Shown here: positions 7,131 through 14,262 of the stretch, piece by piece
Position numbering within the stretch: the stretch's first letter is position 1
Layout of the letters: each line of letters starts with the position of its first letter
Assembly (NCBI GenBank): GCA_050486505.1
Contig: JBJHDK010000015.1
Location: forward strand, 23,616 to 39,102
Direction of reading: 5' to 3'
Origin: Fibrobacteria bacterium
GTDB taxonomy: Bacteria; Fibrobacterota; Fibrobacteria; UBA11236
DNA length: 15,487 nt
The notes under the pieces: generated by a model
The model's database searches: none
What the model saw: only the letters and a program-made list of their open reading frames with translations
Told to the model about the DNA's origin: nothing
Position numbers and translations under genes: made by a program

Positions 7131-9422
7131 ATGAAAAAAGCCCTTTTTGCGGCCGTTTTGGCGGTCGTTGTCGGTACGGTTCATGCCCAGCAGCAGTATG
7201 CCGCGTGGAGCAATTACCGTGAAATCACCATCAATACCACCAACACCGATGGCGGCGCAAACGTCACCGATGCCGTCACCGATTTTCCGGTTCTGGTCCG
7301 GTTGACCAATGCCAATGCCGCCTCCGGGAGCGACGTGCTCTCCGGTGCGCTTGCCAACGGGGCGGACATCCGCTTCTCGAACGCGAATGGCACGGTCGCG
7401 CTGCCTTATGAGATCGAGCGCTGGTCCGCATCGGCAGCCGAGATCTGGGTGCGCGTTCCGACGATCTCAGGCAATGCCAACACGACGATCCGCATGTACT
7501 GGGGCCGCTCCGGCGCGACCAGCCAGTCGAACGGTTCGGCCGTCTTCGGCAACAACGGATTCATCGGTGTGTGGCACATGGGCAATGCGACCGGTGCCGC
7601 GGCCCGTCCCAATGCCGTCAGCCCGGGCTTTAACGACGCCATCCCGGCCGGTAACTTCACCTCTACCATGACGCCGCGAGCCGGAGCCATCGGCCTTGCC
7701 GACAGCCTTCGCAGCCAGAGCGGCGACCAGGACGGTGCCGACCACTTCGATTTGGGCGTGATCAATTTCCCGAACCAGCAAATCACCGTGTCCTTCTGGG
7801 CATTCTTGCCGAACCCCCAGAATTTCACGAACTGGACGCACTTCTTTTCGCACGGCAACGGTAACCTTGAGGACAATATCTGGATCGGCCGTCAGGCTAC
7901 CACGAACAACATGCGTGCACGTGGCGCAGTACCGGGATCTGAGTCGGGAAATGAAACCAACACGACGATCACGAACGGCCTCGTTCCCCTAGCGACCTGG
8001 ATGTATGTCGGCGTGACCAAGGACAGCACCAACGGTCGCCGCTGGCGCGTGTTCCGCAATGGCGAGATGGCGATCAACTATTACAACGCCAATGACAACC
8101 ACAACTTCAACAGCGGCACGCGCCAGTTCAATTACATCGCGCGCTCCCTGTGGCCCGACCGCAACTTCCACTTCGTGGTGGATGAGTACCGTCTCTCCTC
8201 CATCGCGCGCAGCCCGGCCTGGATGAAGCTTGAGTTCGAGACCACCCGTCCCGGAGGCACGGCCGTCACCCTCGGCACGACGCAAAGCCAGTCGGCGCCG
8301 GCATTGGCCTATCTCGACAAGAGCCCGACCTACATCGTGGGCGCGGCCATCACGAACAACACGGCAGTCGTCAGCGGTGCCGCCTCCGGCTTCTCCATCG
8401 CGCCTTCGCTCCCCGCCGGCTTGAGCATCAATGCCAGCAACGGCACGATCTCAGGCACGCCCACCGCCGCCTCGGCCTCGACGCAATACGTCGTCACCGC
8501 CACGGTCGGCGGCAACACGGCCCGCGACACCCTGCACATCACCGTGGTGACGGGCACGCCGCCGGGCCAGCCGTCCGGTGTGACGGCGACTCCGGGGAAC
8601 GCCGAAGCCACGGTCACCTGGGCGGGTTCCGCGCCGGGTTCCGCCCCGATCACCAGCTACGTCGTTCGCGCCGTGCAGGACACCTCCAAGTCCTGCACCT
8701 GGACGACCGGACCGCTTTCCTGCACCGTCACGGGCTTGACGAACGGCACTTCTTACACCTTCACCGTGCGTGCCGTGAGCAGTGTCGGCCCCGGACAAGC
8801 ATCAGATCCTTCTGCAGCCGTTATTCCCGCGACGCGTCCCTCCGCGCCCACCAGCGTGCAGGCGTCGGTTCTCACGGCATCCGGAACGTCCGCCACCGCG
8901 ACCGTTTCCTGGACCGCGCCCGCCTCCAACGGTGGCTTGCCGATCACCGGCACCTTCGTCTTTGGCACGCCGACAGGCGCGTGCTTCGCTCCGGGCGCGG
9001 CCACGAGCTGCACGGTCGGCAGCCTGGCGTACGGCACGGCTTATACGTTCCGTGCTGCCGCGGGCAATTCGCTTGGCATCGGCGACACCTCGGAGGCCTC
9101 TGCGGCATTGACGCCTTCGAGCCTGCTTCCGGGCACCTTCGCCATTCACATGACGGGTGCCATGAACGGATACTCCTTCGTTCTTTCCCCGGAGGCAATC
9201 GCCAGCACCGAAGCATTCACGATGTCGATCAGCGACATCTGGGGTCGCACGGTGTGGAGCAAGACCGTGCACCCGGCGCGCGACAATACCCGCGAGCTTT
9301 CCTGGAACGGCCGCAACACCAGCGGACAGCAGGTCTCAGCGGGCATGTATCTGGTGCGCGTTTCGACACTTAGTGGCGGAACGGCAACCAATTTCGTGCA
9401 AAAGACGGTCAGCACCCGCTGA
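7131..9422 (+). CDS. Array paralogue 4: same architecture (763 aa)
   Basis: SD GGGGAG; signal peptide MKKALFAAVLAVVVGTVHA|Q; GADIRFSN..LPYEIERW..IWVRVP; LamG FFSHGNG..DNIWIG, YIARSLW, VDEYR; Ig; two FN3; CTD WNGRNTSGQQVSAGMYLVRV. Confidence 0.9.
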   Translation: MKKALFAAVLAVVVGTVHAQQQYAAWSNYREITINTTNTDGGANVTDAVTDFPVLVRLTNANAASGSDVLSGALANGADIRFSNANGTVALPYEIERWSASAAEIWVRVPTISGNANTTIRMYWGRSGATSQSNGSAVFGNNGFIGVWHMGNATGAAARPNAVSPGFNDAIPAGNFTSTMTPRAGAIGLADSLRSQSGDQDGADHFDLGVINFPNQQITVSFWAFLPNPQNFTNWTHFFSHGNGNLEDNIWIGRQATTNNMRARGAVPGSESGNETNTTITNGLVPLATWMYVGVTKDSTNGRRWRVFRNGEMAINYYNANDNHNFNSGTRQFNYIARSLWPDRNFHFVVDEYRLSSIARSPAWMKLEFETTRPGGTAVTLGTTQSQSAPALAYLDKSPTYIVGAAITNNTAVVSGAASGFSIAPSLPAGLSINASNGTISGTPTAASASTQYVVTATVGGNTARDTLHITVVTGTPPGQPSGVTATPGNAEATVTWAGSAPGSAPITSYVVRAVQDTSKSCTWTTGPLSCTVTGLTNGTSYTFTVRAVSSVGPGQASDPSAAVIPATRPSAPTSVQASVLTASGTSATATVSWTAPASNGGLPITGTFVFGTPTGACFAPGAATSCTVGSLAYGTAYTFRAAAGNSLGIGDTSEASAALTPSSLLPGTFAIHMTGAMNGYSFVLSPEAIASTEAFTMSISDIWGRTVWSKTVHPARDNTRELSWNGRNTSGQQVSAGMYLVRVSTLSGGTATNFVQKTVSTR

Positions 9423-9450
9423 TTGCGCAAGCCGTGGCGGCTTCGGCCGT

Positions 9451-9485
9451 AAAAAAGGCTCCTGGATCCAGGAGCCTTTTTTTTT
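9451..9485 (+). terminator. Intrinsic terminator after paralogue 4
   Basis: Perfect 32-bp palindrome AAAAAAGGCTCCTGGATCCAGGAGCCTTTTTT (9451-9482) with a T9 tail; a small hairpin AAGCCG-TGG-CGGCTT lies just upstream. Confidence 0.9.
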
Positions 9486-9672
9486 GTCGGAAAATGCGAA
9501 CCACGGGATTTCACGGATGTACAAGAGGCTTCAGAATTTTTTCGAAATAATTTGTTACACGATCATTAAATTACCTCAACACAAAAACGACGAAACCAGG
9601 TAGATTCGAAGGGTTGTGATGGGCCACAAGGTCGAATCAAACGCGCAGTGCGTACCACGAAACGGAGAAACC

Positions 9673-11178
9673 ATGAGAAAAGCAGCCCTCTTGTTCGGAA
9701 TGGCGGCTTTCGCCGCAACAGCAAATGCCAACCTGATCTATCAAGATTGGGGAAAGTACCGCGAGATCACAATCAACACCGGTGCGACAGGTGCCAATGT
9801 CGCCGGTGCGGTCGCGAACTTCCCGGTGCTGGTTCGCCTTGCGAATACCAGTGCTGCGACGGGCAGCGATGTGCTCGCCCAGGCCGATTCCACTGGCGCG
9901 GACATTCGTTTCACCAACGTCACGGGTGATACCGCTTATCACCATGAAATCGATGCATGGTCCTCGACCGGAGCGGCGATCTGGGTGCTGATCCCCAACG
10001 TCGCCGGCAACGGTGAGACGAAGTTTCGCATGTACTGGGGCAACGACACGGCCTCCAGCACATCGAACGGGCACGCGGTCTTCGACACCGCGAACGGCTT
10101 CCTGAGTGTTTGGCACATGGGCGGCACGTCGGGTACTGTTCCGCGCGCCAACTCGGTGGCTGGCGGCGCGCCCGCGGAGCCCCGTGGAAGCGAGGAAAAC
10201 ATCGCTTCGGGGTGGCCGATGATCAACGGTGTCATCGGCTTGGCGGATACCTTGCGGGGACAGGATGGAACCAATGCCGCGGGCCGCCGCAATAACGACC
10301 ACCTCAGGGTCGCCGGCGGGTTCAACAACTTCAACGGACAGCTGGCCTTTTCGGCATGGGTGTATGCCGTCATCGTCGCGAACGGCGAGTGGCAGCAATA
10401 CTTGAGCATGGGTAACCACAACACGGGAAACCCGGCCGGGAATATCATCTGGTTCGGAAAGAGCGGAACGCTGGCCAGTGGTTCCAATCGCCAGATTGCC
10501 GAGGTGTTCAACGGTCCCACCAACCACTACGGGGGCGCCGCCAACACCATCACTCCCAACGAGTGGCAGCACGTTGTCTTCACCGTGAACGGAACCACGC
10601 AGGCGCTTTACAGGAACGGCGTTGAAACTCCGCACTCCACAGGCGCGGGTGCCACGTCGGGCCAGGTCATCGAGGACATCGTGCGCGACTCGGTCTTCAT
10701 CGGGCGCGCGGGGGGGTGGCCCGATCGCAATGTTCGCGGTAACTTCGACGAGGTGCGCATCGCGCGTGCAGCCCGCAATGCCGACTGGTGGAAGCTGGAG
10801 TACGAGACGCAGAAGCCCGATGCGACCGCCATCACCCTTGGCGAGTCACAGGACGTCCCCCCCGTCAGCATCGCTGCCGCGGCCAATGCCGCACGCTACG
10901 CCGGCTTCTTCTCGGGCGAGGGAACCTTCGCGCTGTCTCCGGCCTCCATCGCGAACACGGAGCGCTTGACGCTCACTGTTTCCGACGTCTGGGGCCGCAC
11001 CGTGTGGTCGAAGACCGTGCATCCCGCGCGCGACGGATCGCGTGCACTCTCGTGGAACGGCACGTCGCTGACCGGTTCGAATGTGGCTCCGGGCATGTAC
11101 ATGGTGCGCGCCACCGTCGTGAATGGCGGCAAGACGAGCCACCATGTGCAGCGGATGATCTCGGTTCGTCCGAACTGA
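9673..11178 (+). CDS. Array paralogue 5: DUF2341-like + LamG + FlgD-Ig-like CTD, lacking the Ig/FN3 stalk (501 aa)
   Basis: The start is reassigned from 9616 to ATG 9673 (GGAG SD; signal peptide MRKAALLFGMAAFAATANA|N). GADIRFTN..HEIDAW; LamG FSAWVY, WQHVVFT, GNFDEVR; then directly VSDVWGRTVWS..WNGTSLTGSNVAPGMYMVR. Confidence 0.88.
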   Translation: MRKAALLFGMAAFAATANANLIYQDWGKYREITINTGATGANVAGAVANFPVLVRLANTSAATGSDVLAQADSTGADIRFTNVTGDTAYHHEIDAWSSTGAAIWVLIPNVAGNGETKFRMYWGNDTASSTSNGHAVFDTANGFLSVWHMGGTSGTVPRANSVAGGAPAEPRGSEENIASGWPMINGVIGLADTLRGQDGTNAAGRRNNDHLRVAGGFNNFNGQLAFSAWVYAVIVANGEWQQYLSMGNHNTGNPAGNIIWFGKSGTLASGSNRQIAEVFNGPTNHYGGAANTITPNEWQHVVFTVNGTTQALYRNGVETPHSTGAGATSGQVIEDIVRDSVFIGRAGGWPDRNVRGNFDEVRIARAARNADWWKLEYETQKPDATAITLGESQDVPPVSIAAAANAARYAGFFSGEGTFALSPASIANTERLTLTVSDVWGRTVWSKTVHPARDGSRALSWNGTSLTGSNVAPGMYMVRATVVNGGKTSHHVQRMISVRPN

Positions 11179-11194
11179 CGGGCATCACGAAAAC

Positions 11195-11227
11195 AAAAAC
11201 CCCTCCGCCTAGGCGGAGGGGTTTTTT
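11195..11227. terminator. Bidirectional intrinsic terminator between paralogue 5 and ugd
   Basis: Perfect 32-bp palindrome AAAAACCCCTCCGCCTAGGCGGAGGGGTTTTT with A and T tracts, between convergent genes. Confidence 0.9.
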
Positions 11228-11291
11228 GTTTGGGAGAGCGGCCGGAATTCGCCGGGGGTAAACAGGAATCCGTCGTGCCCTGGGGCCGGGG

Positions 11292-12668
11292 TCAGAAGTG
11301 CTTCAGCGGGGCCTTCCCGATGCTGAATACATTGAAGCCCATGGCGTGCAGCTTCGCATGGTCGAGGATGTTGCGTCCGTCGAACAGGAACGCCGGCTGG
11401 CGCATCGAGGCGAGAATCCGTGCGTAGTCCAGATCCCTGTACTGTTTCCACTCCGTAAGAACGGCGAGAGCATGGGCGCCCTCAGCGGCCTTGTAGGGGT
11501 CGGCTTCGAAGATGAGACGGTCGGCGACGTCCTTGAGATCGTTGCGCGCATTGTCGAGCGCCTTGGGATCGCTGACCACGACCTCGGCACGCTCTTCGAG
11601 CAAACCGCGGGTCACCGTGATCGCGGGGGACTCGCGTGTATCCCCGGTATCGGCCTTGAAGGCGAACCCCAACAGTGCGATGCGCTTGCCCGCCACCGTG
11701 TTGAACATGCTGGAGAGCATGGTCTGCACGAAGCGGTGCTGTTGCCACGTATTGATCCTGACCACCGATTCCCAATAGTCCGCCACTTCGTGCAGGCCAT
11801 AGGTTTGGCAGATGTACACCAGGTTCAGGATATCCTTCTGGAAGCAGGACCCCCCGAATCCAACGCTGGCCTTCAGGAACTTCGGTCCGATACGACTGTC
11901 GGTTCCGATTGCGTAGGCGACTTCTCCCACATCGGCCTCGGTCTTTTCGCAAAGCGCCGAGATGCTGTTGATCGATGAAACGCGCTGTGCCAGGAAAGCG
12001 TTGGCGACGAGCTTGGAGAGTTCCGCGCTCCATACGTTCGACTCGATGATGTTGGCTTTCGGCACCCAGTGCGCGTAAATGTCCACCACGGCCTGACGGG
12101 CTTTCAGGCCCTCCGGTGTTTCGCGGGAACCGATCAGAACCCTGTCGGGCGATTCGAGATCTTTCACCGCGGTACCCTCGGCGAGAAACTCGGGATTCGA
12201 AAGTACCTCGAAGCGGATGCCGTTTTCATTGGCATTCAGGATGCGTTCCATCGCCTCGGCCGTGCGCACGGGTAGCGTGGACTTCTCGACGATGATCTTG
12301 CCCTCACTCGAGTTCGCGAGAATCTGCCGCGCGGTCTTTTCCCAGTACTGAAGATCGGCCGCCTTGCCGGCGCCTTGGCCGAAGCTCTTGGTGGGGGTGT
12401 TCACCGAAACGAAGATGATGTCCGCCTCGCGAATCCCCCCGTCAACGTCCGTGGAGAAAAAGAGGTTCTTCCCTCGCGCGGCGAACACGAGTTCGTCGAG
12501 TCCGGGTTCATAAATCGGGATGTCCGCGCTGTTCCACGCGTCGATCCTGGCCTTGTTGATGTCCACCACCGTGACCTTGTAGTCGGGACACTTGTGGGCG
12601 ATCATCGCCATGGTGGGGCCGCCCACGTATCCGGCGCCGATGCAGAGAATTTTCTTTTTGAAGGTCAT
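11292..12668 (-). CDS. ugd: UDP-glucose 6-dehydrogenase (eukaryote-like subtype)
   Basis: Rossmann motif [42 protein letters not shown]; catalytic Cys in [26 protein letters not shown]. Confidence 0.95.
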   Translation of the reverse strand: MTFKKKILCIGAGYVGGPTMAMIAHKCPDYKVTVVDINKARIDAWNSADIPIYEPGLDELVFAARGKNLFFSTDVDGGIREADIIFVSVNTPTKSFGQGAGKAADLQYWEKTARQILANSSEGKIIVEKSTLPVRTAEAMERILNANENGIRFEVLSNPEFLAEGTAVKDLESPDRVLIGSRETPEGLKARQAVVDIYAHWVPKANIIESNVWSAELSKLVANAFLAQRVSSINSISALCEKTEADVGEVAYAIGTDSRIGPKFLKASVGFGGSCFQKDILNLVYICQTYGLHEVADYWESVVRINTWQQHRFVQTMLSSMFNTVAGKRIALLGFAFKADTGDTRESPAITVTRGLLEERAEVVVSDPKALDNARNDLKDVADRLIFEADPYKAAEGAHALAVLTEWKQYRDLDYARILASMRQPAFLFDGRNILDHAKLHAMGFNVFSIGKAPLKHF

Positions 12669-12793
12669 CGAAGGGAGATTCCTGGGGCTGAAAAGGAGCG
12701 CAAAAAGTAGCCATCATTCCGCAAACGGGGCGCCTGCGCCAACGGCGGGGCGTTCGCCGGCGCCACATTTTGAGGTGCACGGGCTTTTCCGCA

Positions 12794-13111
12794 TCACGCG
12801 ATTTCCACCAAGGTTGCCCCGGGGTTGTGGAAATCCGTGCGGTAACGCTTGACCCGGATGCTCCAGACGCTGTCGAGGGCGAGTCGCAGGCGCGTTCTGA
12901 TGGAGTCGTGTCCGCGGTTGCTGTGCCCGTGCACGAGGCGGATCACGGATCCGCGGCGATGTCGCGACAGCGCGGCTTCCGCGGCCACGAGGGCCTCGTC
13001 CACGGCCATCCCGTGCAGGTCCACTTCCTCGTCGACGGGATACTCCGCCTGTTTTGCGGGCAGGAGTCCCGAGCTCCTGGGCCTGCGCCCGTTGCGGGCC
13101 TTACGTCCCAT
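12794..13111 (-). CDS. Stand-alone Smr (small MutS-related) domain protein, 105 aa
   Basis: VDLHGM..EA, IRLVHG and C-terminal NPGATLV are Smr hallmarks. ATG 13111 is preceded by a GGAGA SD and overlaps the upstream gene's stop region by 11 nt. Confidence 0.82.
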   Translation of the reverse strand: MGRKARNGRRPRSSGLLPAKQAEYPVDEEVDLHGMAVDEALVAAEAALSRHRRGSVIRLVHGHSNRGHDSIRTRLRLALDSVWSIRVKRYRTDFHNPGATLVEIA

Positions 13112-14141
13112 CGTGTTCTCCCAGTCCGGCAGGATCTTCGGCGAGGCGCTCTGCCGCGGTGCGCAGGGTGCCGAAGAACGGATGCGCCGGATTCCAGGCT
13201 TCGTCGGGGCGGCGTACCCCGTATTTCGCAGGATCGTTGTCGAGACTGAGGGCACGCACGCGGTCGCGCATCCAGGTCACGAAGGGGCGCTGTGCTTCCA
13301 CCTTTAGCCGCGCCTCTCGGATGCGGGCTACCTCCGCACGAAGGCTGTCTGGCCATTCGATCGTCAGGCCGGACTTCTGCAGGAAGTGGATGTCCGCCAG
13401 GATCTCGAAGCCCGGATCGGGGATCCGCGCGAGGGCGAGCTGCGTGAGAATCTCCGCGTCCATTTCGCGGGTGAAGCCCTTGGCGTGGGCCGCTTCATGG
13501 CAGGCGGCGATCAGTCGCCAGTGGAGGGGTGCGGGGAGATCGCGCTCGCGGATGACGGCAAGTTCCCCGAACAGGGGATCGTGAAAGGCCGGCCCCCCGT
13601 AAACAAGCCCCAGCCTGGTGGTCAGAGGTCCCATGTCCTTGACGTTTCGCACGGTCCGTCCCGGCGGCAATCCCAGCCCCGCCAGAACGGTGTCCAGGCT
13701 CCCGTCGCACCTGCGTAGAACCGTGCGCTCATCGAAGGTCCTGAAGTAGTCCCAGGCAGGGAAACGGGCGTTTTGCTGCAGGCGCGCTTCCCTGAGGGCG
13801 GCCCAGACTAGGAAGGTGTCTTCGTCGATCCGTTCGATTCCGAGGCGTTCCGGGAGCGGGGTCCTCAGGGCCGTGGGCGCGATGGTGAAGGGAAAGGCTC
13901 CTTGACCCAGGGACAGCACGACAAGCAGGGTCGGCCCCAATACGAACGTGCACCTTCTGAACAGTCGGATCCGGAATCCCGGGGGCTTCAGAATGAAAGA
14001 AATGATGAACAACACGCTCGCAAGAATTCCGGTCCAGAGCGCCATCTCCACCACGGAGAAGGGGATGGCATCGGTGATGGTTCCCTTCAGGCGAGAGAGA
14101 GGGAGCCCCAGCGTTTTCCAGTAAAAATCAAAGAATGACAT
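13101..14141 (-). CDS. DUF3810-like membrane-associated putative zinc metallopeptidase
   Basis: Two hydrophobic segments near the N-terminus after IPFSVVE; ACHEAAHAKGFTREMDAE (HExxH plus downstream Glu) resembles the DUF3810 motif. Confidence 0.72.
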   Translation of the reverse strand: MSFFDFYWKTLGLPLSRLKGTITDAIPFSVVEMALWTGILASVLFIISFILKPPGFRIRLFRRCTFVLGPTLLVVLSLGQGAFPFTIAPTALRTPLPERLGIERIDEDTFLVWAALREARLQQNARFPAWDYFRTFDERTVLRRCDGSLDTVLAGLGLPPGRTVRNVKDMGPLTTRLGLVYGGPAFHDPLFGELAVIRERDLPAPLHWRLIAACHEAAHAKGFTREMDAEILTQLALARIPDPGFEILADIHFLQKSGLTIEWPDSLRAEVARIREARLKVEAQRPFVTWMRDRVRALSLDNDPAKYGVRRPDEAWNPAHPFFGTLRTAAERLAEDPAGLGEHDGT

Positions 14142-14146
14142 CCCTT

Positions 14147-14159
14147 AAAACTACTTTTG
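14147..14159. promoter_or_regulatory. Putative overlapping bidirectional -10 elements (TACTTT on +, TAGTTT on -)
   Basis: They lie in the 25-nt gap between divergent genes. Plus-strand TACTTTTG matches TAnnTTTG; minus-strand TAGTTT ends 6 nt before the ATG at 14141. Confidence 0.45.
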
Positions 14160-14166
14160 CCGGGGA

Positions 14167-14243
14167 GGGCCCATAGCTCAGTTGGTTAGAGCAGGCGACT
14201 CATAATCGCCCGGTCCTCCGTTCAATCCGGAGTGGGCCCACCA
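14167..14243 (+). tRNA. tRNA with CAT anticodon, most likely tRNA-Ile2 (lysidine-modified)
   Basis: 77 nt: acceptor GGGCCCA/TGGGCCC, D arm GCTC..GAGC, anticodon arm GGCGA-CTCATAA-TCGCC, T arm CTCCG-TTCAATC-CGGAG, encoded CCA. It resembles E. coli ileX and lacks the initiator features (C1:A72 mismatch, GGG/CCC anticodon stem). Confidence 0.92.
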
Positions 14244-14262
14244 TTTCGTCCGGGGGATTCTT

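Noticed and set aside
1920..9672. Riboswitches (e.g. c-di-GMP) or CRISPR repeats in the array spacers
   Set aside because: No recognisable aptamer consensus or repeat-spacer periodicity by eye; an Rfam scan would be needed to exclude weak hits.
3305..10635. Long antisense ORFs (3305-4384, 4558-5730, 5905-6978, 9637-10635) and many short alternative-frame ORFs
   Set aside because: They are shadow ORFs of GC-rich coding sequence: R/G/A-rich, without motifs, and largely overlapping well-supported genes.
988..10863. C/G homopolymers (C6-C7 at 988-1002, G7 at 10710, C7 at 10857) as phase-variation tracts
   Set aside because: They are short, encode Pro-Pro or Gly-Gly, are expected at this GC content, and all frames are intact.
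1855..11237. Integron-like cassette array (same-strand genes separated by palindromes)
   Set aside because: The palindromes are A/T-flanked terminators without an evident RYYYAAC...GTTRRRY attC organisation, the genes are paralogues with long leaders, and no integrase is present.
14167..14243. tRNA as the integration site of a genomic island, or as tRNA-Met
   Set aside because: No integrase or duplicated tRNA 3' end was seen. The sequence resembles Ile2 and lacks initiator determinants, although elongator Met cannot be fully excluded without a covariance model.
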